A DNA stretch of 64,000 bases from contig NW_027591044.1 of the NCBI RefSeq assembly GCF_964213995.1, positions 1 through 64,000 on the forward strand, written 5' to 3'. Shown piece by piece: positions 25,141 to 36,850 of this stretch. The DNA comes from Mustelus asterias. Taxonomy: Eukaryota. Both the position numbers and the translations under genes were made by a program. The notes under the pieces are model-generated. The model saw only the letters and a program-made list of their open reading frames with translations. It did not search any database and was not told the DNA's origin. Numbering within the stretch: position 1 is the first letter of the stretch; every line of letters starts with the position of its first letter.

Positions 25141-28134
25141 GTGTTTGGTGTGTGTGTGCGTGTTTTGTGTGTGTGCGTGTTTTGTGTGTGTGCGTGTTTT
25201 ATGTGTGTTTGTGTGTGCGTGCTTTGTGTGTGTGCGTGTTTTGTGTGTGTTGGTGTGTGCGTGTTTTGTGTGCGTACGTGCACCATGATCTGTTTGAATG
25301 CTGGCGCAGGATCGATGGGCCAAATGGCCTACACCTGCTCCTATTTTCCTTTGAGATTTAAATACATTGACACACATGCACGCTGACACACACACACAGA
25401 AAGATATACACAGTGTTGATGTATTTATTGACCACTTAATGTGACTGAATGCTACACATCCCAGTTTACCAAAGACACACAATATTCAGCAGCATTGTAA
25501 ACAGCGCAGCTGGAAACATCAAATTGGGCATTTGGTTTGAAAAAGGGTCAAAGCCTCTCTTGCTGAAGGCTGTTTGTCTATATTGTGCTGACAGGGATAC
25601 ACTGCCATCCTCTGCTGCCTGCTGGACATTGCTCCAGCCGCAGAGAGAGTGAAGTACATCAGAAACTCACTGGGAGAGAATGCAGCTTCACACAGTATCC
25701 ATCCAAAACGACAGGAGCATCAGCACACACACAAGCTCCGTGTGGAGACTGAGAGGGGCTCAGTGTGGAACACAAACCTTCACACTAAACCTGGAAGGAC
25801 ATTGATAAAGAGTTTTAAACAAAACTTCAGCAAATGTTTTGAAACATTTTGGTCCGTGGAAAAGTGCAGTGTGTAAAAAGCTGAAGATGTTTCCATTTCA
25901 CATCTTCCTGCTTTGGGGAAATGGGAGTTATCTTTGCATTTACAAGGATATGGGGAGGGAGGTGTTTGAATGGACATTCAGCTTTTTGGGTGATTAAAGT
26001 GTTAATTTGTTTCCAGAAGCTGTTTACAGTGATTGTCCCGAGAGATTGTATTGTTTCAGTGATGTCGACGTCTCCAATACTTCAGACAGAGGAAGGAAAC
26101 AATTTTCAAAAGGAAAGATTGGGGGAATCACTACATTGAGGGTGTGAGGCCTCATCACTCTCTGTCTGGTTTTGTTCTGAAATCTTTACATTTTTAAACA
26201 TTGAAACCTCTTGCCCTTGTTGGGAATATCACTGCGGTTTGAGAAAAGCAATCACTGATCCCACACTAAACACCCCCCCAAACACAGGACTGAGCAGAGA
26301 GTGTGAAATGTGACTGGTGTCAGAGTGGATTGTCAAACAGAAGGGATTTGAAAAATCTCTAAATGATTCATTGATTAAAAACTCTAACATTAATGTCCCG
26401 CATCATAAACATCTGCTTCCTTATTGTATCTTTCTTTTACAGATCAAGTGATGGGTTGAATTTTGGACGTTGTAGATTTCCCTCAGCTGATTATTAAGAT
26501 TCCTGATTGACACAAATACAATATCTGCTGTCGGTGACTCCAACAGTGAAATTGTGGGCGGTAGTTCAGTTTTCAGTGTGAAATGTAGAAGGCAACTTTT
26601 GTTGTAATGTAATTGTAGTGAATAGTTTTCCTGTAGTTTAAATCTCAGGTATAAATTAATAACTTTTCTTGTTCCTTATTCACAATTGTTCATTTCCCGT
26701 GATGTTGAGCTCTGGTTTTCTCTTTCTGGTGTCTGGTACAGCTGTACAGATATTGGGCAGCTCAGAGCGTAGGGGTTCAGATCTCATTGTGAAGCTCAAA
26801 GGTCAGATTCACTTTTGTTAACTTTAAAATCAATTTTCCTGTAAAATATTCTCTGAATTTTTAAATAAATATTGAATGGAAAATTAAATCTGACTTTGCC
26901 AAACTCTCTCTCTGTATTTCTCTGTTAGTGTGTACATGTGTGTGTCTCTCTGTTTCTATCTCTCTGTGTATCTGTGTGTCTCTCTGTCTCTGTACTTCTC
27001 TGGATCTGTGTCCCTCTCTCTGCCTCTGTGTGTATATCTCTCTATGTATCTGTGTGTGTCTCTCTGTCTCTGCATTTCTCTGTATCTGTCTCTGTCTCTG
27101 TGTTTCTCTGTCTCTGTGTGTCTCGATGCTAAGGGCCTAGTATTTCAGGCTCTGACCTGAACCCACAATCTCTCTGACTCTGAGCGAAGATGACTCCATT
27201 GAAGGTGTGAGGCCTCATCACTTTCTGTTTGGTTTAGTTTTGTAATGTTTACATGTTTAAACACTGAAACCTCTTGCCCTTGATAAGTTGGGAATATCAC
27301 TGCGGTTTGAGAAAAGCAAACACTGATCCCGCACTAAACACCCCCCAACACAGGACTGAGCAGAGTGTGTGAAATGTGACTGGTGCGAATGTGGATTGTC
27401 TTTTAAAAGTGGGTGAGAAACACTTCATTTTCAAATCTTTACCCTGCTTCTGTAGCGTCTCAGATTCCACCTAATCTGCACATCTTTGGACTGTGGAAGG
27501 AAACCGGGGCACCCGGAGGAAACCCATGCAGACACAGGGAGAATGTGCAAACTCAACTCCCAACCGAGAATTGAATCCTGGTGCTGTGAGGCAGCAGTGC
27601 TAAACACTGTCCACCATGTCGCCCTATCCCATGTATTGGGACACGGTGAAAAGTATTGTTTCTTGCACGCTACACAGACAAAACATACCGTTCATAGAGT
27701 TCATTCGGGAGAAGGAGAGGAGAGCAGTTACCGATAGGGTATAGAGAAAGATCAGCTTAATGTATGGTAGGTCCACTCAAAAATTAACATTCTGACCAAA
27801 CACTAAAGCTTTCCACAAAACAAGGCTCACAAATTCAACACCACTTCCCTTTGTCCGCTCTCCCATCATGCTGTGCGCGGAGTCTCTGATCGATGCTAAG
27901 GGCCTAGTATTTGAGGCTCTGAGCTGAACCCACAATCTGTCTGATTCTGAGGGAAGATTACTGCCACTCAGATACAGCTGGCTGCAATATCCCCTTGAAA
28001 TATATCTGTTGTGTACAGAGTCACATGTTTTTTTTCCCTGTGTCTGCTGTCCTTAAAGAACTATTGAATAATCTAAACATCCGCATTTATTATCACAGAA
28101 CAAGGCCAACATGGGGGAATCGAGTATCAGGTTT

Positions 28135-28840
28135 AAAAGTTTGTTTATTAGTGTCACAAGTAGGGTTACATTAACACTGCAATGAAGTTACTGTGGAAAA
28201 TCCGTAGTCGCCATGCTCTGGCGCCTGTTTGGGCAACTTGGGGAGAATTTAGCATGGCTGATACACCTAACCAGCGCGTCTTTCGAACTGTGAGAGGAAA
28301 CCGCAGCACCCGGTGGAAACCCATGCAGACACGGGGAGAATGTACAAACTCCACACAGACAGTGACCCAAGCCAGGAATCAAACCCAGGTCCCTGGCGCT
28401 GTGAGGCAGCAGTGTTAACCACTGTGCCGCCCCTCATTGAAACATTGTGCAGTTGTGGAATGCACAGGATAGGAGGGATGTGATAGCACTGGAAAAGGTG
28501 CAGAGGAGATTCACCAGGATGTTGCCTGGCCTGGAGAGTTTTAGTGCATAGAATCATAGAATCCCTACAGTCCAGAATGAGGCCATTCGACCCATCAAAT
28601 CTGCACGGACTCTTACCCAGGCTTACCCCGTAACCCCACGTGTTTTCCCGCTAATCCCCCTAACCTATACATCGTGGGACCCTAAGGGCAATTTTGCATG
28701 GACAATGCACCCGGAGGAAACCCACGCAGACACGGGGAGAATGTGCAAACTCCACACAGACAGTAAACCGAGGCCGGAATTCAACCTGGGTCCCTGGCGC
28801 TGTGAGGCAACAGTGCTAACCATTGTGCTACTGTGCCGCC
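28135..28840 (-). mobile_element. Two SINEs (28135-28432 alternative tail; 28548-28840 HE1 tail) around a short CR1 piece
   Basis: Reverse-complement SINE cores and the two distinct tails. Confidence 0.8.
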
Positions 28841-29004
28841 ACTCGAACTGAGGAGAGATTTTATAGACTGAGGGTGTGATCTTACCACCTGTTGACGCCA
28901 CACTCCCGCTCAGCGAGGTCGGAGAATCTGGTGTCCAGCCAAACCTCCTTTCACTGCAGTGGGGTGGGAAAATCCTGCCGGCCTGAACGGTGATAAGATT
29001 CCAC

Positions 29005-29380
29005 CCTGGGGTTGTTTTCCGTGGAGCAGAGGAGGCTGAGGGGGAACATGATGGAGGTGGATAAGATTATGAGGGACATCGATAGAGTAGACGGGAAGAA
29101 AGCTTTCCCCTTGGTGGTGGGATCAATGACCAGGGGGTATAGATTTAGGGTAAGTGGCAGGAGGTTTACAGGGGATGTGAGGAAAACCTTTTTCACCCAG
29201 AGGGTGGTGGGAGTCTGGAACTCTCTGCCTGAAAGGGTGGTGGAGGCAGAGACCCTCAGAACATTTAGGAAGTGCTTAGCTATGCATTTGCAATGCCAAG
29301 GCTTACCAGGCCGTGAGCCAAGTTGGGTGATTTGTCTTTGGCCGGCACAGATGCAATGGGCCGAAGGGCCTTTTCTGTTC
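29005..29380 (+). mobile_element. CR1 LINE 3' fragment
   Basis: RRLRGNM...FFTQRVVGVWNSLP. Confidence 0.85.
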
Positions 29381-30044
29381 TCTAGACCTCCATTGCTAAA
29401 ACACAACCTCACTGACCCAGCTTCTGGTCATCCATCCAAATCTCTCCCTCCACAGCTCGGGGACAAATCCTGCCGCGCAATCTTCCTTTGAAGTGGCTTT
29501 GGACATTTCATTCTCCGTGAGGACTTGTCCGGACAGTGGTTGCTGTTGTTGTGTTTGTCTCAGTGTCAGCTCAGAAACATGGACAACATGTTAGAAATGG
29601 CCGTCTCCCAGTGAGTGTGAGGACAGGGCAGGCTTTGAGCGAGGCCTGGGCCGCTCCCTGAAGGACACAGGGCCACCATTGTGCTTTTTGCTGACAAACA
29701 GAAAGCTTTCACCCCTCTCTCTCTCTCGTGTCTCATCTCACTCACATTCTGCCCCTTCCATTCACTCTGTGCTGCTTTCTGGAGGAGGCTGCCAGCTTTA
29801 TCCGCCACAGAGCATCTGCCAACAAGAACATCAGATGAAACTTTCCATTCCCCAAGTCCCTCTTTCCTCTCTGCTCCTCGCTGTCTTTCCGGAGGAAATG
29901 GGATGGGAAGCTGATGGGAAAAGATTTGCAGGGCTCCAGGGACAAGGTGGAGCAGTGGGACTGGCTCGATTGCTCTAGCAGAGAGTCGACACCAGCTGAA
30001 TGGGCTGAATGGCCTCCTTCATTCTGTGGCTATTCTATGGTTGA

Positions 30045-30385
30045 CACACAATAGATAGTCAATATCTTTTCCCAAAGGTAGGGGAGTCTAAAACTCGAGG
30101 GCATGGGTTTAAGGTGAGCGGGGAGAGATACAAAAGTGTCCAGAGGGGCAATCTTTTCACACAGAGAGTGATGAGCGTCTGGAACAAGCTGCCAGAGGTA
30201 GTAGTAGAGATGGACACAATTTTATCTTTTAAAAAGCATTTAGACAGTTACATGGGTAAGATAGATGTAGAGGGATATGGGCCAAATGTGGGGAATTGGG
30301 ACCAGCTGAGGGGTTAAAAGAAAAAGGGCAGCATGACAAGTTGGGCCAAAGGGCCTGTTTCCATGCTGTAAACATCTATGACACT
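30045..30385 (+). mobile_element. CR1 LINE 3' fragment (same subfamily as 17560-18300)
   Basis: GERYKSVQRGNLFTQRVMSVWNKLP, with a 3' UTR matching the 17560 copy. Confidence 0.85.
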
Positions 30386-30459
30386 ATGACAACTTGTCAT
30401 TCAAAGGGCCTGTTTCCATGCTGTAAACATCTATGACACTATGACAACTTGTCATTCAA

Positions 30460-31090
30460 GTTTCTAGGTGTCCAGATCACCAACAACTTGTCCTGGTCCC
30501 CCCCATGCCGACACTATAATTGAGAAAGCCCACCAACACGTCTACTTTCTCAGGAGGCTAAGGAAATTTGGCATGTCAGCTACGACTCTCACCAACTTCT
30601 ACAGATGCACCATAGAAAGCATCCTTTCTGTATCACGGCTTGGTATGGTTTCTGCTCTGTCCAAGACTGCAAGAAATTACAAAAGGTCGTGAATGTAGCC
30701 CCGTCCATCACGCAGACTAGCCTCCCATTCATTGACTCTGTCTACACTTCCCGCGGCCTTAGAAAAGCAGCCAGCATAATTAAGGACCTCATGCACACAT
30801 TCTCTCTTCCACCTTCTTCCGTCAGGAAAAAGATACAAAGTCTGAGATCACGTACCAACCGACTCAAGAACTTTCCTGCTGCCCTCAGACTTTTGAATGG
30901 ACCTGCTACATATTAGATTTATCTCTCTCTACACCCTACCTATGACTGCAACACTACATTCTGCACCCTCTCTTTTACTTCTCCCCGATGTACTCTATGA
31001 ACGGTATGTTTTGTCTGTACAGCATACAAGAAACAATACTTTTCACTGTATCCCAATACATGCGACAGTAATAAATCAAATCAAATCAAA
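30460..31090 (+). mobile_element. Rex1/Babar-clade LINE 3' end
   Basis: KAHQHVYFLRRLRKFGMS...FYRCTIESIL, RSRTNRLKNF, and an (ATCAA)n tail. Confidence 0.8.
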
Positions 31091-31309
31091 ATCCTCCCAA
31101 TTCTTTCCTCCACGATAGGTCGCAGCATTTAAAGAACACGCCCAGGGCCCAGTGCTGAGTCTGAGGGTATGTGACTACAGTAAGGTGAGTGATACAGGAG
31201 GGTCTCACTGTCTGAGGGAGGTGAGTCTTAGCCGGGGGGTGCGTGAGTGACCCAGGTTAATCTGACACTCCAGGGACAGTTGGAATGGAGCTTTCCCCCG
31301 GGCTGTCCC

Positions 31310-31520
31310 CTCCCCGTGTCTGCGTGGGTTTCCTCCGGGTGCTCCGGTTTCCTCCCACAGTCTGAAAGATGTGCTGGTTAGGGTGCATTGGCCATGCTAA
31401 ATTCTCCCTCAGTGTAACCCGAACAGGCGCCGGAGTGTGGGCGACTAGGGGATTCTCACAGTAACTTCATTGTAGTGTTAATGTAAGCCTACTTCTGAGA
31501 CTAATAAATAAACTGAAACT
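31310..31520 (+). mobile_element. 5'-truncated SINE, alternative-tail subfamily
   Basis: SINE core plus tail, as at 10245 and 22277. Confidence 0.8.
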
Positions 31521-31589
31521 GAAGGTCAAGGTGCTGCTGTGACAATGCACTCTTGTTTAAACACTCTGCAATGCTGAGACTGGGAGAAG

Positions 31590-31920
31590 TGACCAACAGG
31601 GGGCAGCATTGCAGCTTCTGTCCCCCTATTGAAACTGGGATTGTTGCTCCATCTGCTGCACAATCCCAACCCCATCCACTGGGGGCAACCTGGACAATGG
31701 CTGCAGAGAGACCTCACTGCGCATGCGCAGCAATGACACCCACCGCCGGCGGCCATTTTGCGTTGCCAAGGGAGGCGGCCAGCGGCCATATTGCGTTGCC
31801 AGGGGAGACGGCATCAATGCGGCGGCGTCCCGCGCGCTGACCTCTGGGAGCATTCCCGTCCCGCACATGCGCACAGGCAGCCCCCGGCAGCGTCACAGCG
31901 ACGCCTGGTGGCCAGGAAGG
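31590..31920. promoter_or_regulatory. CpG-island-like element with CTCF, NRF1 and YY1 motifs
   Basis: CCAACAGGGGGCAG 31593-31606; palindrome CTGCGCATGCGCAG 31717-31730; GCGGCCATTTTG 31749-31760; GCGGCCATATTG 31782-31793; CpG-rich in a CpG-poor background. Confidence 0.6.
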
Positions 31921-32504
31921 GCAATAGCAGCAGCACAGTCTCTGCCCAAAGGCTTCCCCAGTTCAGCTGCTCAGAGACACTGGGAATGTCTTCAAGTGGA
32001 AACTTCAGCTTCTCACATTCAGCCCCTGTGTTCAGTCATTGTTTCCGAGACAACCTCTGTAGTCACATCACAAACAACTTGTTCACATTGAAGGCCATGG
32101 CAATCTGGACCATTCGGCTTCAAAGCCATTGAGCTTTGAAATTTCAATTGAAATGTTGGAGATGAGAGTTTATCGATGCAAGTCATGTTGCATGTGGAAC
32201 GCTCACGATGCCACAATTAGAGCGGTGCAGACATCTCACAGGGTTGTGTGACTGGAGGAGATGTCAGAGACGGGTTGGTTAAATATAGAGGGACACGGTC
32301 TGAAGCTAAGTTTTGGGTAAAAGATGGCAGTAATGTTGTGACATTAATTTAGCTTCAGATCGTTGCTGGGGAGGGGGATAGAGAGGTTGGGGAGCGATGT
32401 TTGTATTGGGGCAATCTCTCTCTCTCTCATCATGTATAGATATGAATCCATCTCTCACTCTCTATCTCTCTTTACCCATTGTCTCCAGAGTCTTGTGAAG
32501 GCGC

Positions 32505-33345
32505 AGACCGGCGGAGAGGGGGGCTGTGGACGCCGGGGTGACCAGAATCGGGGACGTGCTCGATGGCGGAGGAGCGGGCTGGATGAGTCCCCCCGTGCTG
32601 GCTGAGCGCGCAGGGACGTCCGTATGGCGCGCGGCCAAAGCCATCCTAGACCTTAGGACGGTCGCGCTCGGCCCCGAAACTGCACGCAAACTTGAGACGG
32701 CGCAGGCGTGCGGTGGGATCCCGCCCGAGCGTTCCCCTGTTCGGGCGGAATTCCACATTGGCCCAAAGCCTCAGCCCCCTCCCCTGGGTGAGGAGCCCCA
32801 CAGCCTGAGCCGCCTCGCGGAAATGCCCTCCGTGCCTTTTTCTACCGCGCGGAGGCGTTTCCTGTGCGGGCTGCTGCTGCACACCCTCCACTACCGCCTC
32901 CTCGCCTGTCGCCCGGATACACCTTGGCGGGCCTTGTTGCCGCCGGGCGGCGGAGGTCCCCGCTGGAGGTCCCTCTACGGAGGGATCTCCCCCAATTACG
33001 TCGGGGACCTGGAGTGGAGGGTGATGCATGCAGCAGTTCCGCACAACCGTAGGGTTCACTGGTTCACGGGCTCCGAAGACTGCCCTTTCTGTGGCCTTGT
33101 GGAGTCCGTGGACCATGTCTATGTTGAGTGTCTTAGGCTGCACTCCCTTTATGTTTTTCTAAAGATCCTTTTATTGATGTTTTGTTTGCACTTCAGTCCC
33201 ACGCTCCTGATCTACGGACACCCGGTGCGGAGAGGGGAGGGTCGGGATGGCGACCTCCTCGTGAACCTGCTCCTGGGCCTGGCGAAACGCGCCATTTACC
33301 GGTCCAGGCAGCGGGCGATCGAGGGGGCCGTCCATCCTGACTGTG
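32505..33345 (+). mobile_element. L1/Tx1-clade retrotransposon ORF2 C-terminal fragment
   Basis: ORF 32526..33392 has DLEWRVMHAAV and the zinc-binding CPFCGLVESVDHVYVEC (zf-RVT-like) motif. GC-rich, truncated at both ends. Confidence 0.85.
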
Positions 33346-34050
33346 TTCGTATGAGTGAGAGAGAGCATGGGAATGTGTGTGAGACGAAGTGAGAGTGTAC
33401 GGAAGAGGGAATGTGAGAGGGATAGTGCATGTGTGTGTGTGAGAGAGAGAATGTGTGCGCGAGACTGTGCTTATGTGAGAGACTGTGTCTGTGTGTAAGA
33501 ATGTGTGTTAGAGTGTGTGCATGTTCTATGTTTGTGAGAGAGTGATTGTGAGAGAGCCAGTGTGTGAGAACAAGAATGTAGAGGTGTGAGATAGTGTGCG
33601 CAAGAAAAATAGAAATATGTGCGTGTGTGTGAGAGCGAGAGATGCGTGTGCAAGAGGAATTGTGAGAGAGCATGTGAAGAAATGTGAGACAGCTTGAGCG
33701 TGTGTGACAGAGAGTGGAAGAGAGAGAGTGCATGTGAGAGTGCGTGCGCGAGAGTGTGAGACTGTGCTTATGTGAGAGTGTGTGTCTGTGTATAAGAGAG
33801 AATGGGTGTGTGTGTGGGGATGTGAGCGCTTTTGTGTATGGGGATGTGAGAGATTGATGGAGAGAGCGAGACGATGTATGTATTTGTATTGAGAGAGTGT
33901 ATGAGTAACGTGAGAGAGAGAATGTGTATGGGTGTGTAAGAGAGACCGTATGAGAGAGAAAGTAAGTGTGAGTATGTATGTGTGTGTGTGTGCATGTGTG
34001 AGAGAATATGAGAGTATTTATGTGTGTGAGAGTGTGTGATGTGTATAAGT
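33346..34050. repeat. Degenerate (TG/AG)n low-complexity tract
   Basis: Visible directly. It explains the His/Thr/Ser/Leu ORF 33296..34366. Confidence 0.9.
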
Positions 34051-36850
34051 TTCTATTTGGCTGATTCAGTCTGGAAAACACACTCACTCCACACATACTC
34101 ACCCATTCACACAGTAAGTGGGAGTGACAAGTGAGCACAATACGGAGCGCGGGCCAAGGGTTGGAAAAACATTTAAATCTTTCGCAATTCGTCGCAATTG
34201 AATAATTTCCTCTTTCCTCAATGAGGGAAACCTGTAAAAACTCAAGAAATTTGACACAATCCAGGGCAAAGCCACCCACAGGATTATCCGCCCCCTCATT
34301 CACCCTATTCTCTCTCTCCATCACTAACAAGCAGTGACAGTAGTGTGTATTATATACAAGACGCACTGCAGCAACTCACCAAGGCTCCATAGTAAACACT
34401 GTCCAAACCCGTTGCCTTTATATCCTAACAGGATAAGGGCAGCAGCCACATATGAACACTACCACCTGCAAGCTCCCCTCCAAGACACACACCATCCTGA
34501 CTTGAAACAATACCTCAGTTCCTTCTGGGTCAAAATCCTGGAACTTCCGCCTAACAGCACGGCGGATGCCTGCAGCATATTGATTGCAGTTATTCAAGGA
34601 TGCTTCATATCAACACTTTCTCAAGGAACAATTATTGATGATTAAAGCTTCTGGCCGAGCAAATGACTCTAAAATAGCTTTAGAAGATTAAAAATAAGAT
34701 GCAAATGAATTTGAACCTTCAACTGTCATACCAAACAGGTCATGGACTGCTTTACTACGGAGCATAATATAGTAAATCTCACTTTGTATTTGCTCATCGA
34801 ACATTCCCAAGGCCGGTACATGACTGGTTAAAAATCATCCAAATCTCCCTCTACAATCTGACGTTTCTGCTCTCTCTGATGGTCACAATATGCTTTAGGG
34901 ATCTCATTTCTGAGACGCCGAGCCAAACATCAAGTCAAACTGTCACATTTCTCACAGATACCAGTTTATTGAAGAAATAAATCAAATTTCACTCCCTGAA
35001 ATACAGCAGAAGGAACCAGCAGTTTTACAACCAGTCAGGCAGTTTCCTGGCCCCAACACGGTGACCACGCGCGCAGAAACAGAACAGACACAAACGGTGC
35101 AACAATCGATTTTCCAGCGGGTAGGGATGATCAATCAGTCAATTTAATTCAAACTGTTTGATTCTAATTGATCAATGATCAATTTACAACAGAAAATCAA
35201 TAACCTCTTTTAAATAAAACTGATATTCATTTCAAAACTCCTGTCGATTTTTAATTATGTCTCTCTGCCTGTCTCACTTCTCGAAAACTATGTAAAAATG
35301 TAATTTCGCTGAAAATTAGGAATCAAAAATAACAGATTCAGGACAGTTCAATGTCCCCGACAGAGATACAGTGACACAGTAAGGATTAAATAAACCAAGA
35401 AACATTTACATTGAAAATCATTACCTGATTCGATCTAATTTCTTAATTAAATGTAATCAACAAAATATTCGAGGTAAAACACCTTATCGAGCTAAGCATA
35501 GCTGATGAAAGAAAGGTTTTGTTTCTGAATTCATTTTCGATACAATTAAACATTCTCTGAAACGGATGATACTTTGCACGCCCGTGCATTATTCAAGGTA
35601 TTTTGTTTTGAATTAATTAGCACCAATATTATATTTTGTTTTGTTAATTGCCGGTTACTTTTCCTGTTAGCTGATTTGTACTCCCTAATAAAATCAGTTT
35701 TCAATCATTCAAAACTTTCCCTGCCTCGAACATTGTGAAGTAATTAGGTTCCAATTAAATATTAAACGATAAACTTCAAATTACTGAATGGAAAGATTCA
35801 GACATCTGTAATTCATTTGCTTCAATCGAATAACATTGTCATGTTTTTTCATTTCCACTTTTACTCCAAATGCCTTATTATAACCTGCAAACGTGTTAAG
35901 AATGCATGTTTCTGACTTTGTATATACTGTAACGGCCTGGCAGTTTGAGGTCAATGAAGCTGCTTCCGAGATTTAATAATTTGGACCATCCATATAATTT
36001 AATTACTGAACATATTGTTTAAATTAAGAAGTTCTGAATTAAACAATGAAAAACACAATGAGGACAATTGATTCAAATCCTCTGCAACACTGAAACATGA
36101 TGCACAAAATAAGTCGAGACTTTCTCTTCAGTATAATATTTAATACTAATTAAACACAATGCTCAAATAGAATCAATTCTTCCATTCTGTCATTTATTCA
36201 TCCAATAATTCTATTCTATGTTCAGCAGTAATGGGAGACAGGATGTTATTATTAAATGCAGCGCAAATATTACTCATATAAAAATATGATAATATTATAA
36301 AAAATTAATTAATTGAATTTCAAGTCTTAAATTGTAAATCTCGAGCCAGTTTCTGTTGACACCTTACGACAATTCAAACACCATTATATGAACAATTGTT
36401 TAGTGTTAGCGAATTCCACCTGTCAGAAAACTGTGTTCACTCTGTCAAATTTATTTAAACTGTGAGATTCTAATTGATCAATTTTCCAACTACAACAACA
36501 AAAATCAATAACTTCTTTTAAATTAAACTGATATTCATTTCAAAATTCCCTTCGAATTTTAACTATTTCTCCCTGTCTATCTCAAATCTCGAAAACTAGG
36601 CAAAAAATATTTTTTTTTCTGAAAATGTGCACATCAGATATAACCGATCCAGGGTAGTGTAATGTCCCTAACAGAGATACAGTGACGCAGTAAGAATTGT
36701 AATTCATGATTTACTTTAATCTGCAAGCATCAGTTAACATGAATAAAATGCTCAAATATATATTTGTTTTATTTTTTCCGATACCAGTTTGTTTTATCCT
36801 GACAAGGATGTTTAAACGCAGTTTGTTTTTTTCATTTAGCGGGAAAAAGT

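Noticed and set aside
26440-26840. Minus-strand traces resembling a decayed TCR-like V exon (KPEL..., TISLLE/VTDS...C)
   Set aside because: It needs several frameshifts, the W-to-C spacing is too long and there is no RSS. It would need a significant tblastn or HMM V-set hit.
31526-31789. ORF MAAGRLPWQRKMAAGGG starting in the CpG island
   Set aside because: The ATGs are the reverse complement of the YY1 motifs, and I see no domain similarity.
33296-34366. 356-aa minus-strand ORF next to the J-C intron, considered as a C exon
   Set aside because: It is a His/Thr/Leu/Ser low-complexity translation of the TG/AG tract with no Ig C1-set Cys/Trp pattern.
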